Origin: an uncultured virus (IMG/VR IMGVR_UViG_3300028498_000018)
Taxonomy: Duplodnaviria > Heunggongvirae > Uroviricota > Caudoviricetes
Virus record (IMG/VR): IMGVR_UViG_3300028498_000018
DNA length: 64,000 bases
Strand: one strand, 5' to 3'
This document shows positions 37,719-48,261 of this stretch, piece by piece. The stretch's first letter is position 1, and every line of letters starts with the position of its first letter. A program made the translations under genes and the position numbers. The notes below the pieces were generated by a model. The model ran no database searches. It was not told the origin of the DNA and was given only the letters and a program-made list of their open reading frames with translations.

Positions 37719-39084
37719 TGTTCAGCCTAAATCTTGTCACGAAGTCCGCGGTATCGGCCGCTTTCTTGATGCGTGCATCAGACACCGCATTATTTTTTGC
37801 GTTGGCTTCTTTGTAATAATAGTATTGCTGCACTCGGGTTTTTGCGTCCTCAATGTTTTTACGTGCAATATCACCGATGCCGCCGTCTATCGCACCGGTA
37901 GCAGAGAGTTTTACATATTCCGCGAGCATCGCCTCATCTTGAACCGGCGTGTATTTATCGTTGATAAGCACGCGCCCAGGACTGCCCGGAGCCCCTAGCT
38001 GTTGCCCTATGCTCGATGCCCAATGGTCAACTGCTTGCCCAGCTCCGCCAGTGGTAGCCCGCCGCTCTAACATCCCCCCGTGCCCTGGTTCAGGGTTCAC
38101 CGCCATAGGTATCGGAGCCATAGCTGCCGCGGGCGGGGGAGCTACTGCGGCCGCGGGGGCGGCTGGGGCTACTGCGGCGGCTGGGGCTACTGGCTTCGCC
38201 CCCGGCGTTGCTGCCGGTCCTGACCCTGCTGATACAACCGGAGTAGTGGCCGCGGCAGCCCTACGCCCGTCGTCAACGATCTTCTGCCTATGCGCGGCAT
38301 AGCTGGCGACCTCTGTGCCAGCTGCCGCGGCCTGTGCAGCGGTTTGGGAACCCATCACATTACTTGTGACGACGGCCCTATCTTTGTTAGTAAGCACTCG
38401 TTGGCCGTCTTTGCCTATCCACCCGTAGCTGGGGATGAATACATAGTCCTTCTCGTCCCCGCCGAAGACCGCGGCCACTTGCTTGGGGTCCACGCCCGAT
38501 AGGGCTCTCTCCTGCGTATGGAACTGCATTAAGTCTCTTGCCGTGTTTGCGGGCTCGTCCAGCAATCCAGGAGTCAGGTTTACGGCTTTATCGCCCGCCA
38601 AAGCCACCTTATTGGCCATAGTCGTAGAAAGCAGTTCGGTTCCATATTTGTTTCTTATTATGTCCCCAAACACATTCCCCATGCCGCCTAGCGCGCTCGA
38701 CACGCTTCGGTTAATCATTTGCCTTCCTGGTGCTTGGTCATCCAATTGATTAAGGGTATGCCGGTTTACTCTGTTGGTTGTGGCCTGAGCATCAATAACT
38801 CCGGGGGTTTCAAGGCCGAACCGCTTAGCTTGTTCGTTAGTGTACCCGGTCGACGCGCCAAGATTTGCAACGTTTGCAGTGTTGAGCACGGTTTGGTTTT
38901 GGAGTCGCATCCAATCAGCAAAGTCCGCGTATTTGCCGCGCTCAATAAAGTCGTTACCAAGAGCGACCGTGTTGTTCGCCCGCATCAGATCGGTAGCGTC
39001 TTGATTCCGGCCGCGCTTGATCGTTGCGTCCGTGTTAATCGTCTGGTCGTAGAACTTCGCAAAGTTTTCGAATACGTTAGCCAT
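37708..39084 (-). CDS. internal virion (ejection) protein
   Basis: Ala/Asn/Gln-rich, Cys-free, between nozzle and large ejected protein. Confidence 0.6.
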   Translation of the reverse strand: MANVFENFAKFYDQTINTDATIKRGRNQDATDLMRANNTVALGNDFIERGKYADFADWMRLQNQTVLNTANVANLGASTGYTNEQAKRFGLETPGVIDAQATTNRVNRHTLNQLDDQAPGRQMINRSVSSALGGMGNVFGDIIRNKYGTELLSTTMANKVALAGDKAVNLTPGLLDEPANTARDLMQFHTQERALSGVDPKQVAAVFGGDEKDYVFIPSYGWIGKDGQRVLTNKDRAVVTSNVMGSQTAAQAAAAGTEVASYAAHRQKIVDDGRRAAAATTPVVSAGSGPAATPGAKPVAPAAAVAPAAPAAAVAPPPAAAMAPIPMAVNPEPGHGGMLERRATTGGAGQAVDHWASSIGQQLGAPGSPGRVLINDKYTPVQDEAMLAEYVKLSATGAIDGGIGDIARKNIEDAKTRVQQYYYYKEANAKNNAVSDARIKKAADTADFVTRFRLNNGN

Positions 39085-39941
39085 TATAATCCGTCTATGC
39101 CGCCAGGGTTAGGTAGGTTAGGGTTAGAGAAATCAGTGGTGGACCCAATCGCTCCAGTATCCCCGTTAATAGTTTCGCCGACACCACTGGTACTCGGGAG
39201 GCTCCCAAACATCGCCTTGGCCATCCCGGCCAACTGACCGCCAATCGCGCCAAAGCCACCAGCAAAATCAGACTGGCGGTCCTGGCCCTTCATCCGCAGT
39301 TCAGCGCCTTGGAGGCCGATGCCCTGAAGGCTACTGAGCCCATTGAGGCCACTTTGCAAGTTCGACCCCGCACCGACCAGCAAGTTGGCTGACGCGGCAA
39401 ACGCGTTTTGGGCAAACTGTCCAGAGGCTGCCGTGCGCTGCCAGTAGAAGCTCGTCCATTTAAATTCTTTCTCGCTCTCGAACGTCTCAGCTACGCCAAC
39501 AGCTTTGATCATCAGGGACGCCTGCAAAGCGTCGAGACGAAAGTCGTTGTCATAAGCTGCGCCGACTTGGCTACGAGACAGCCCTCGAAGGTTTGACCTG
39601 CGAGCTCGGTTCACGACGTTAGACGTGGAGGCGGCGATACGGTTATAGATGCTGTCGTCTCGGGTGTACGTGCATGTCGCCATGCCGCACTTAACAACCT
39701 TCTCAATGACCGCCCGGCTCCATATAGCGGAGTACCCCCACAGCAGGTTACTCGCCTTGTCAAACTGCGGTTTGGTCATGGTGTTATAGGCATCAAGTGC
39801 CAGCACCATCTGTTGCTCGATCTGCTTAGCCTGAGCATCAGCCAGACCCGCGGACTTACGGGCTGAATCCGCTTGGCTAGCCGCACCGTAGATGGTCGCG
39901 CCAATGCTTACGACGGAGGCAACAGCGGCTAAAATAGCCAT
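39084..39941 (-). CDS. internal virion (ejection) protein
   Basis: Hydrophobic Ala/Gly N-terminus followed by Gln/Ala helix, typical of podovirus pilot proteins. Confidence 0.6.
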   Translation of the reverse strand: MAILAAVASVVSIGATIYGAASQADSARKSAGLADAQAKQIEQQMVLALDAYNTMTKPQFDKASNLLWGYSAIWSRAVIEKVVKCGMATCTYTRDDSIYNRIAASTSNVVNRARRSNLRGLSRSQVGAAYDNDFRLDALQASLMIKAVGVAETFESEKEFKWTSFYWQRTAASGQFAQNAFAASANLLVGAGSNLQSGLNGLSSLQGIGLQGAELRMKGQDRQSDFAGGFGAIGGQLAGMAKAMFGSLPSTSGVGETINGDTGAIGSTTDFSNPNLPNPGGIDGL

Positions 39942-40345
39942 TACAGCATCCCGCAGGTCAGTAATTCTTGACGGAGCTCAAGCGAGTTGCCCCCGTTGAG
40001 GACTACGCATGTGCAAGCAAACTCATGAAAGGTGCGCCGGGCCATTGCTGCTGCTGCCCGCTCATCATCTGTCTTGACAGATAAGGCCCGCGACACGGAC
40101 TCCGCCCAGGACTTATAACCCAGGACTGCAACAGGGAACAAGTCCCCACGGTGTTGGGCGAAGAATTTGTTCCCGATAAACCCGGTGATAAAGTCTGAAG
40201 TCGCGGCCGGCACTTCTGGTAGTTCCGCCCGGCCGGCTACTGCCTCGTCGAACACTTTCACCGTGGCAAAGTAACGGATACACAAAGACACCGCCTCGGG
40301 GGGCAGGTATTTGTTAAGGATGTCTTCTACCGGGCGTTTCCACAT
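39941..40345 (-). CDS. hypothetical protein
   Basis: TAATG-coupled; ATG 6 nt after a -10 box. Confidence 0.65.
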   Translation of the reverse strand: MWKRPVEDILNKYLPPEAVSLCIRYFATVKVFDEAVAGRAELPEVPAATSDFITGFIGNKFFAQHRGDLFPVAVLGYKSWAESVSRALSVKTDDERAAAAMARRTFHEFACTCVVLNGGNSLELRQELLTCGML

Positions 40346-40351
40346 GATTAA

Positions 40352-40381
40352 ATATTACTCTCTGGGTGGGTTAAAGGTCAA
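40352..40381 (-). promoter_or_regulatory. putative late promoter, leaderless
   Basis: TTGACC-TTTAACC-N11-TAATAT-6 nt-ATG. Confidence 0.7.
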
Positions 40382-41904
40382 TCCGCTTTGGACAGCTCAG
40401 GAAGACTGGCCGCTATGTGGACTTCTTTGATCACTACTTCTCGGTCCGACTCTGGCAGGTGTAGCTCAACAAAGAACTCCATCCCTCGAACTAGCGGGAG
40501 ACGGAACGGTATGTTACTGTCTTCGTCCTTGAGTGTCCGGTCTATGATCACGCCCCGCTTAGCCTCACGAAATATAAACTTTACCCCGGCAAGGTTGTTG
40601 CCCGTGACCTTTGCAACTGAGAACGCCCGGACCCCCTGCTCCACATATCGTTCGCTTATCCAGGTAGCGCCACTGAATCGGTCCCCGCGGTTAAACACTT
40701 TGCCGTCGACCACTAGGTCCCCACCTTGCACACAAACCTTCGTGGCTGCCGGGTCTATTCTGACAAACGTCTGGAACTCGTAGGCCCCGTGGTTATTGTC
40801 CTTGATGTCCAGCCTGTACCCGATCGAGGCGTTCCACGCGAAGTACACACCCTGGAACCAAGCAGCTACTTTTGGCAGCATGGAGTCGAACCATGTGTCC
40901 TCGTTGATAGCGTTACGCGTCATCAACTGCATACCGTCTGGTACCGTTGGTGTTAACCCCACAAGCCCCATTTTAGATGGGTAGACCACCCCGAAGTCAG
41001 TTGCTACGGCTGGGCCAATACAGGGGTGCTGCTGCTTGTAATAGTTGAGCGATGGGGACGACATGCCCTGGTGCTCCCCTGTCGTGATCAGAGGGTTCCT
41101 GAGCAGGGCTGGAGCCCCTTTGGTCAAGACAAAGAACGTGTCGTAGTACGGGATGATGTCCACGATCTCCGAATCGCATTCGATGTACTGTCTCAGCGGG
41201 TATGCGTTCGGCATGTGGCGCTCGCTGATCCAGATGCCACGGTCGTTGTAGGCCGCTGTGTACCCGTCATCATTGGAGGCCAAACACTTCACGTCCGTCG
41301 GGGTACACCAGTCATCTGAGTCGTACCCGCTGGCGGTGATGCCCCACGTCTCCAGGTCGTACTGAAAGATCGGGTCGCTATTGAATTCCCCGACAAACAC
41401 TTCGTTGGAAAACGGAGATGTCATCGTGTCTCCGCTGGTGCTGGAGCCGTCCGCGGAGTCGGTGACGTACGCGTAGAGGCGTATTGGGTATGACCTGGCC
41501 AACACTGTCACGAGGGCCTTGACGCCGACAGGGGTCGGTAACGAAGCCTCTGACTTCCTGGATTCTTCGCCATACTCATTAACAAACGAGTACCGAAACG
41601 AGATGATGTCATGCCCGGGTTCGGACACTGTCACATAAGGCGCGGCAACGGGAGCTGAAAGGCCAACAACCGACCCGTCGCCGCTGTGGACGAGTTTACC
41701 GTTCATCACGGTTATCTGTCCAGGAGAACCGAGCGGAGTTTGACTAGTGCAGCCGGCCGGGCACGCCTCAGCTGTCGCGCCGTGTCTGAACGCTCTAAGC
41801 GTGCCGTCCCAAGTCTTAGCGTTGATGGCTAGGCTTGCGGTGCCCTTTTGTAGGTGGCGATCCGACAAGGCCGGGATCATTGAGCTGAACCGCGTGATAC
41901 GCAT
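40378..41904 (-). CDS. tail nozzle / DNA stabilisation protein
   Basis: YSFVNEYGEES, IWISE..MPNAYP, GVVYPS.MGLV; position after adaptors. Confidence 0.7.
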   Translation of the reverse strand: MRITRFSSMIPALSDRHLQKGTASLAINAKTWDGTLRAFRHGATAEACPAGCTSQTPLGSPGQITVMNGKLVHSGDGSVVGLSAPVAAPYVTVSEPGHDIISFRYSFVNEYGEESRKSEASLPTPVGVKALVTVLARSYPIRLYAYVTDSADGSSTSGDTMTSPFSNEVFVGEFNSDPIFQYDLETWGITASGYDSDDWCTPTDVKCLASNDDGYTAAYNDRGIWISERHMPNAYPLRQYIECDSEIVDIIPYYDTFFVLTKGAPALLRNPLITTGEHQGMSSPSLNYYKQQHPCIGPAVATDFGVVYPSKMGLVGLTPTVPDGMQLMTRNAINEDTWFDSMLPKVAAWFQGVYFAWNASIGYRLDIKDNNHGAYEFQTFVRIDPAATKVCVQGGDLVVDGKVFNRGDRFSGATWISERYVEQGVRAFSVAKVTGNNLAGVKFIFREAKRGVIIDRTLKDEDSNIPFRLPLVRGMEFFVELHLPESDREVVIKEVHIAASLPELSKAD

Positions 41905-43163
41905 TATGGTTGCCCTACGCCACCAGCGTTACAGTCGTTACCAGCCTGGAACGGGGCAGTCAGGTTAGCGATGTTTGACACTATCGCGCAGGTCGGATGC
42001 GTCGCTTGGATGTACGTGGTTGAACACCCAGACGTGCCAGTAAGTATCTCGAAGAATCCGACCGTTTCATCCCCCGTGATCTTGATCTCTTTCGAGTCCC
42101 CCGGGAGAATCATCGCAAACGCAGCAGCGTTAAGGCTTATTGCTGACACAGTGAGGATGGAGTCGACGGGGAAAAAATGAGCTGTTACAGACCAACGGGT
42201 GAGTCCGGCTCTGGACGGCGGCACTGGCACGAACTGAACCATGCCCGCGCAAAATTTGAATCCCGCAACAGCTTTATCCGCCGGAGCTGAATTCACGCTC
42301 TGGATAGACATGAAGGTCTTCAGTGTGCCGCACGCATTCACGAGTCGCAAAGCAAGCGACACGCACGATTCACCAGAGTCTTTCGAACAGATGTCTTTGA
42401 CCAACGCCCCTGTTACACATACCCTGCCCGGGGTGCGGTGGTCCCACACCAGCCCGACAGGGAGTTCTGGTAACTCCTCGATGCGGACCTTGGTGCCCTC
42501 GTACAACATGCAATACGTGTTGAGCACTCCCTCTTTAAACACAGGATCACCCGTGTGTTTAATGATCGCTGGGAGGATACAGTCAGGCGGTTTCTCCGCA
42601 GTGGTGACCAGGCCGGTAACCGTAAAAGTGCCGCACCTAGCGGACAACTCAACTCGGTACTCGAACGGGAACACTGTCGACGGCACGGGAGTACCGGACA
42701 GGCTCAGCCCGCTTTCGAACATGGTGGCTGTCATGCCTGTAGGCAATATGATCGGCTCAACGATAACAGCATCAGCTGCGACCTTGATGAGCTCCTGGAT
42801 CAGGGCGTTGGCTGAATATAGGTTACGAACAACGTCGGGGTTGTTTATGCACTTCTGAATGGCTTGGCCAGAGTAGCTGATGATCACGCCAGCTGAACAT
42901 TCGTTCTTCAGCTGGACGATTCCTGATACCTTCGTAGTGTCCGGTGGAGTACCAGAGAACTTAATTCCGTCCTGCGTCATGGCTATCGTCAGCCATGCCG
43001 GCTTAAACGGTGTGCCGGTGATCCTGGGCGTACTGCCTACGATGCGTACTTCTTGCTCGAACTTAGTGTCCGTTTCCCCCAGCCTTAGCGACGTGAGGCC
43101 AGGCGATAAGATCGGCGTACATTCGCAGGGTGGTTCCGGGTCGTATCCGATGGACTTAATCAT
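41904..43163 (-). CDS. Cys-rich Ig-like repeat virion protein
   Basis: KPAWLTI...FSGTP, LPTGMTA...LSGTP, LPVGLVW...VTG; domains end in N.CG/RCG. Confidence 0.65.
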   Translation of the reverse strand: MIKSIGYDPEPPCECTPILSPGLTSLRLGETDTKFEQEVRIVGSTPRITGTPFKPAWLTIAMTQDGIKFSGTPPDTTKVSGIVQLKNECSAGVIISYSGQAIQKCINNPDVVRNLYSANALIQELIKVAADAVIVEPIILPTGMTATMFESGLSLSGTPVPSTVFPFEYRVELSARCGTFTVTGLVTTAEKPPDCILPAIIKHTGDPVFKEGVLNTYCMLYEGTKVRIEELPELPVGLVWDHRTPGRVCVTGALVKDICSKDSGESCVSLALRLVNACGTLKTFMSIQSVNSAPADKAVAGFKFCAGMVQFVPVPPSRAGLTRWSVTAHFFPVDSILTVSAISLNAAAFAMILPGDSKEIKITGDETVGFFEILTGTSGCSTTYIQATHPTCAIVSNIANLTAPFQAGNDCNAGGVGQP

Positions 43164-43912
43164 TAAACTAACTTCCTTCCGGCGTCGCGTTCAGCTTCCT
43201 TGCCGATTGACTCGTCCCCGTTAACGTACTGGTTCTGAGCGTGGGCTTTCATCTTGTTCTTGGCCACCTGCCATTCTCGGCTAAAGTCCTGGTACTTGGC
43301 TCGGTTGTAAGTCGAGTCGTTCCGCAGCAATTTAGCTGCCGCCCCGACACCGATTTCTTCTTTCCACATCTCGAAAAACTGGAGCGGTACGGAGCACGAG
43401 AACCTTGATGGGAACACCGACATCGTCACCTCGATGCCGTCGTCCATGTCCACCGAAGGCGGGGGCGTCAGCACAAGGGTCTGGCCCTGGTCTACATAGA
43501 AGCTGAGGTCTGGTTCGTATGTAGGCAGCACCTGCACTCCGCCGTCTGCTTCGGGGTTCTGAAACCCACCGTAGCACCCGGCCCGCTGGGGGGCGCATGT
43601 GTTCACGCACGCCTCAGCTAGATCGTATGTCACCGGGCCACAAGGCTTGGTCCGGCTTGCGTTGTATTTGACGCCGTTAACGCACACCCGCTCAACCAGT
43701 GACAGGCTATAGCCGTCGTCAAGCGGCAGGGGGTACGTGCTGACAAACGCCTGGGAATCCGTGAAACGTGTCGGCCGTATCTGGCGTGTAGCCTTGGCCG
43801 CCTCCACCACAGCGTCCACGATGCGCAGGCTGGCCTGGGCAGAGCTGGCCTTTGGCACGATGCCAAGCACGATGTCGAAGTACGCCTCAAGGGGCACGGT
43901 TTCTTCTATCAC
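43163..43912 (-). CDS. head-tail adaptor-like protein
   Basis: LVLTPPP...WKEEIGVGAAAKL; synteny; GTG start. Confidence 0.6.
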   Translation of the reverse strand: MIEETVPLEAYFDIVLGIVPKASSAQASLRIVDAVVEAAKATRQIRPTRFTDSQAFVSTYPLPLDDGYSLSLVERVCVNGVKYNASRTKPCGPVTYDLAEACVNTCAPQRAGCYGGFQNPEADGGVQVLPTYEPDLSFYVDQGQTLVLTPPPSVDMDDGIEVTMSVFPSRFSCSVPLQFFEMWKEEIGVGAAAKLLRNDSTYNRAKYQDFSREWQVAKNKMKAHAQNQYVNGDESIGKEAERDAGRKLV

Positions 43913-43914
43913 GG

Positions 43915-44679
43915 TTATCCCCTAGTTACGTTTTCGTCGCCATTGCCTTTTTGTCCCAAGAAGAACCCGCTGCCGTAGCGCGTCTCTTGGCGATATTTGA
44001 TACCCATCATGCTGGCAAAGTTGGTAAAGTGTGAGCGTGAATCAACCAAGGCAGACTCGCTTTCGAGCTGCATACCGAGCAGGACGTACCGGACGTATTC
44101 AACCAGTTCAGCACGGTAACCGCAGGGCAGAGCAGTGGTCCTAGACTCGGGCCACTTGAGACACGGAGCGCAGCCCTGCAGTCCGACCCGGATTCTCGGC
44201 GCTACCCCCTCCGGCACAGCAGGGCTAACCGTGAGGGATGTGGGGTCACGCGGGTCGTAGACGTAGCTCGATAGTGTCCACCTAGCGCACGTGTTGCCAA
44301 TGGCCTTCTGGGCCGATTGCAAAGCCTTCGGGCTATGTGGCAGGCAGGCTCGGTCTGAATAGAACTGGAGGGCGCGTATTTCTTCCCGCGCCACTGAGGA
44401 GGCCACAGGTCCGTTAGTGATGGAGCCGTCGGGAGCCACACAGATATTCTGGATGTCACCGATCAGAGCGAGGGTACCTGCCGGCAGCACTTGTCGAGCC
44501 CCTGGTTTAAGGGTCACTTCTTGCGAGTGCGAAAACAGATCTGGGCGCTGGCTACTGATCGCAGCCAGCCCGTCCGAAATGGCCCGGGTCACATCGACTT
44601 CAGGCCACGTAACCGCCCCCTTATCTGCAAGGTAGGCGTTTACTTTCTGGACTGTTTCTTCTAGAGTGTCGCAAGCCAT
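43915..44679 (-). CDS. head-tail adaptor protein
   Basis: YLAD...TWPE...QRPDLF...LKPGARQVLP; start at MACDTLEE preferred to 44769. Confidence 0.65.
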   Translation of the reverse strand: MACDTLEETVQKVNAYLADKGAVTWPEVDVTRAISDGLAAISSQRPDLFSHSQEVTLKPGARQVLPAGTLALIGDIQNICVAPDGSITNGPVASSVAREEIRALQFYSDRACLPHSPKALQSAQKAIGNTCARWTLSSYVYDPRDPTSLTVSPAVPEGVAPRIRVGLQGCAPCLKWPESRTTALPCGYRAELVEYVRYVLLGMQLESESALVDSRSHFTNFASMMGIKYRQETRYGSGFFLGQKGNGDENVTRG

Positions 44680-45083
44680 TGTCCGGCCCTCTCGTACACC
44701 CGTTCCAAGAGTTCGTCCTCTATGGTGGGGTCTTGGTTCAGTAGTCTTGAAGCGGTATCGTGGTGACACCCGAGCACCTGTTTTGCAAACGCCCGAACCG
44801 AAGTCTGTTGGTTGGTCTTGAACATTTTCCAGATGCGGACTATTTCCTCCATCTTGAAATTGCGAGCCAGCAGAGCCTCGTCTTCAGTGTCCTCCATCGA
44901 CGCCTTCTCGCCCCGCTGAAACAAAAACCTATCGAGTTCGGTCTTCAGCTCGTCGGAAGTGAGCGGGCGGTCAAACCGCCGCAGCGCTAAATGGCCTACA
45001 CCTTCGGGGAGAGAAGGCTCATGCCTGTCGCTCCCAAATATAACCGTCTTATCGTTGGCATTGAAGATGTAGTAATGGCTCAT
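44661..45083 (-). CDS. hypothetical protein, possible C-terminal HTH
   Basis: SVRAFAKQVLGCHHDTASRLLN. Confidence 0.6.
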   Translation of the reverse strand: MSHYYIFNANDKTVIFGSDRHEPSLPEGVGHLALRRFDRPLTSDELKTELDRFLFQRGEKASMEDTEDEALLARNFKMEEIVRIWKMFKTNQQTSVRAFAKQVLGCHHDTASRLLNQDPTIEDELLERVYERAGQWLATL

Positions 45084-45544
45084 ATCAGACCAGCTAAAAC
45101 GTTCTTGCCTCCAAGAGTACCGCCCGCTCCGGCCACAACGTTTTCGAGCCTTGAGATCGCCTCGTCGACCTGGTCGCCGCTGGCCTGGTTGTTACCAACC
45201 ATCTCCATTACTTTCTTCGCCACATCTGAATCGTCAAGCCGAGCTTTGGTTGCAATACATTGCAACTGCTTGAATGACGCTCTGCCGTCGAGGATATTTA
45301 CCACGTTGGCAAAATGTACGGCCCGATCGCCCGGATCATCTGAAACAACTTTGTCGGTAAAGTACATGGCCACATCAACCATGCCGTTGCCGGTGACTAC
45401 TGTCCAGTTGCCTCGAATGTTCCGAGACATGGGACTAAACGTCCCCGTGTTAAACCCGTCTTCTACTGCCAGGTTTACTGCGTACGCAAACTTGAAGTCC
45501 CTGGGGGTCTTCTTGAATGGTTCACCTTGTTTGATCTGCGCCAT
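45080..45544 (-). CDS. hypothetical protein
   Basis: AAAGG RBS; follows capsid terminator. Confidence 0.65.
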   Translation of the reverse strand: MAQIKQGEPFKKTPRDFKFAYAVNLAVEDGFNTGTFSPMSRNIRGNWTVVTGNGMVDVAMYFTDKVVSDDPGDRAVHFANVVNILDGRASFKQLQCIATKARLDDSDVAKKVMEMVGNNQASGDQVDEAISRLENVVAGAGGTLGGKNVLAGLI

Positions 45545-45559
45545 GTTGAGCCTTTATAT

Positions 45560-45587
45560 AAAAACGGGGCAGGTTGCCCGGCCCCGT
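45560..45587 (-). terminator. intrinsic terminator after capsid genes
   Basis: Minus strand ACGGGGC-cgggcaacct-GCCCCGT-TTTT. Confidence 0.75.
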
Positions 45588-45611
45588 CATTCTAGCTCTA
45601 TCTACACCTGG

Positions 45612-46313
45612 CTAGATAGTGCGCAAACCGCCGTGGTGTTTTACAGGGGCTGTCACTTCGATGTTGATACATGCCAGCGCGTTTGCACCACAACCGAATT
45701 TGGTTACAGCACAAGCCACGCAGGTGTTAGCAACGCCGGTCGGTTCGACCACAGTAGGCAGAGTGTCGAGGATCAACACAACCACTTTGTGGCGGGCGCA
45801 AGTCTGAACACCCGTTTCACCTGCCAGCGTGGGGCGGGTCGAGATCGGGTTACCGTAGTACGGCAAGCCAGCATTGGCAGCAGTCACGCTGCTCCATCGG
45901 AAGCTAGGTGAGACACCGTTGATCGCAGGCAGGATAACTTCAGGCGTTGGGTGGACCAACGGGGTGGAGTCATTGACCACGTCGTAGAGGTCATGCAGCT
46001 CCAAGTGGAACGTCAGACCAGCACAGCCGTGGAGGTTCTTTACCGACAAGGTGTCAAGCAAGAACCCTGCGTGTACCGGGAATAAGATCAACCCGTCGCC
46101 GGCAACGATCTTGGACACGTCAGCACAAGCCAGCGCACGCTCTTTCGAGAAGTTCAATGCGCGGAAGTACGAGTAGCCGCCTTCGAAGCTGTGGGCGACG
46201 TCAGGGCTACCGCCGTCGCAACAGCCGGGGAGGTTGCCTGGGGCGCAGCCGCCGCCACTACAAGCCACCTTGCCGAGCGGGCCGCCACCAATTGCGTAGT
46301 TATAAATAGTCAT
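45612..46313 (-). CDS. capsid decoration / minor capsid protein (Cys-rich)
   Basis: Directly after MCP and before terminator; AGGAG RBS; 11 Cys. Confidence 0.65.
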   Translation of the reverse strand: MTIYNYAIGGGPLGKVACSGGGCAPGNLPGCCDGGSPDVAHSFEGGYSYFRALNFSKERALACADVSKIVAGDGLILFPVHAGFLLDTLSVKNLHGCAGLTFHLELHDLYDVVNDSTPLVHPTPEVILPAINGVSPSFRWSSVTAANAGLPYYGNPISTRPTLAGETGVQTCARHKVVVLILDTLPTVVEPTGVANTCVACAVTKFGCGANALACINIEVTAPVKHHGGLRTI

Positions 46314-46328
46314 TTGATTTTCTCCTGA

Positions 46329-47336
46329 TTAGGCTGCGTAGACGTAGCCAATAGCTACGGCTTCTTTGTGGGTAACAGCCCATCCGTCACGGATCATCGT
46401 GGTCGAATAGGAGTCCATGCCCGCGCCGTGGCGCACGTTGCGCTCGCTCATTACGATGCCCATTGCTGAGTCAAAGTATTTGCGCTTAATCCACGTAACA
46501 CGGTACACCGGCTTAACACCGCTGCCAGGATTGAACGTGCCGACAGCTGCTTGACAGTTTCCTGCGTAGACATCGAAGCCGCAGCGCAAGCTGATCGCCG
46601 AGCAATATTTGCTGTCAAGGTAGCTAGACGAATTGCCGTTGAGCTGCGCGTTGATCAGCAAGGTGCTGTTCAAAAGCTGATGCTTCATGAACGTGGGCAC
46701 AACAGCCGCAACACCGTCAGCGCCGAGTAACATCTCGTCAAACAGCTGTGGGCCGAGCAACAGGTAGGTGAACACGTACGTCGCACCTGCTGGGCCGCCC
46801 GTCTGTAATGAGGTCAAGCCGACGGGGGCTGTCTGCGTACCGAGGACAATGCCAGACTGGCCGGCGTTGTTACCTTGCGTGCAAGCAGAAGCCAGAGCAG
46901 GGATACCACAAGCCATGCGGGCGTCCGCATCTTCGGCCAGGGCTTTCTCCATCTCGGCGTTGATCTCTTTCTTGATCAGCGGGTCATTGCAATCAATGAG
47001 GCCGTCAAGCATGTTCGCTTTAGTACGAGCATAGTGGAAACCACCCAGCTTGTACTCGCGCTTGCAGTAGGTTGCAACGTCAGCTTCCAAGATGCCGTTA
47101 ATGTCGTAGCCGCGCACGTTAGGGCGACCAAACGATAAGAACTCACGAGGGCGGTTACACGACTTTGGGTCGGGTAACAGCCGTTGAGAAGCTTGGGCTA
47201 GAGGCAGCTTTGTGAAGACTTGTTCACAATAGATGTTCTCAATGATCCCAGCCATCTCTGGGTATTTGTTACACGTTTGATCTGGGTACCCAGAAGCAAT
47301 ACCGGTGGAGCTGCCACCATAAAATTCACCAGCCAT
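46329..47336 (-). CDS. major capsid protein
   Basis: 335 aa, after scaffold, AAGGAAAG RBS, C-terminal GWAVTHKEAVAIGY. Confidence 0.75.
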   Translation of the reverse strand: MAGEFYGGSSTGIASGYPDQTCNKYPEMAGIIENIYCEQVFTKLPLAQASQRLLPDPKSCNRPREFLSFGRPNVRGYDINGILEADVATYCKREYKLGGFHYARTKANMLDGLIDCNDPLIKKEINAEMEKALAEDADARMACGIPALASACTQGNNAGQSGIVLGTQTAPVGLTSLQTGGPAGATYVFTYLLLGPQLFDEMLLGADGVAAVVPTFMKHQLLNSTLLINAQLNGNSSSYLDSKYCSAISLRCGFDVYAGNCQAAVGTFNPGSGVKPVYRVTWIKRKYFDSAMGIVMSERNVRHGAGMDSYSTTMIRDGWAVTHKEAVAIGYVYAA

Positions 47337-47346
47337 GATTCTTTCC

Positions 47347-48261
47347 TTACGCGACTAGCGTTTTCGCCGCCGCATGTTTGTCGAAGATTTCGCGGAACCC
47401 AGCCAGTCGATCCCGATCAGGGTTCGGCTTCTGCATTTCATCCGCAATGAGTTTGTTGATTGACGCCGCTGAGACCGTCTTCACGCCAGAGCCGGGCACA
47501 GGTGCTGCCGCGACGGTAGTTGGCGTGGCCATGTGGGCGAAGCCCACAGGAACAGACGCTTTGTTTGCTTCCAAAAATTTGCGCGAATACCCGTCGAGAA
47601 TTTTTGCGGCCTTTGCAGGATCGCTAGTCATCCAGAATTGGTGTGCGCTTGAGCGCGGCATACCGCTCTCGTCTTCGGAATTCAAAAACTCTTCCCAGCC
47701 ATCCATTGACTGAGCTTTTTGAACCGACTGGTTCGAGGCTGAAAAACTACTCGCTACCCCGTTGCGAAGGGATGCCGTGCTACGGTCAAACTTATCGTTG
47801 AGAGTTGCAAATTGAGGACCGTACTTGGCTTCCAACGCCTGCACAGCACGAGCCACAGCACGCTCTTCAGCGTTACGTGCGACCTGCCCTGTGATCTTGA
47901 TGGATTCAGCCCATTGGGTCCGAGTGTCAGAATCGAGACCGTCCAGATAATCGGGCAAGGCAGGCGCAGCGGGGGGAGCGGCGGCTTGAGCAAACACAGG
48001 AGCGGGGGCATTTAGTCCCAGTTCACGCAAGGCAAGTGCTACACCTTTAGCGATCTGACCCGTTTGGCGGGCCTCATCTTCCTGCTGTCGACGAATCTGG
48101 CCGGCTCTACGCGGACTGATCTCAGTGGGGTTACCACTTGCATCATTGCCGGTATCGTCTCCGTTATCGTTGTTCTGCTGGGCCGGGGCAACAGGGGCGT
48201 CGGAGACCGGTACACCTGTGGACTGAGCTTCAATTTCTTGTTCGAGTGTCGGGGTTGTCAT
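47347..48261 (-). CDS. capsid scaffolding protein
   Basis: Acidic/Ala-Pro-rich, helical, directly upstream of MCP. Confidence 0.7.
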   Translation of the reverse strand: MTTPTLEQEIEAQSTGVPVSDAPVAPAQQNNDNGDDTGNDASGNPTEISPRRAGQIRRQQEDEARQTGQIAKGVALALRELGLNAPAPVFAQAAAPPAAPALPDYLDGLDSDTRTQWAESIKITGQVARNAEERAVARAVQALEAKYGPQFATLNDKFDRSTASLRNGVASSFSASNQSVQKAQSMDGWEEFLNSEDESGMPRSSAHQFWMTSDPAKAAKILDGYSRKFLEANKASVPVGFAHMATPTTVAAAPVPGSGVKTVSAASINKLIADEMQKPNPDRDRLAGFREIFDKHAAAKTLVA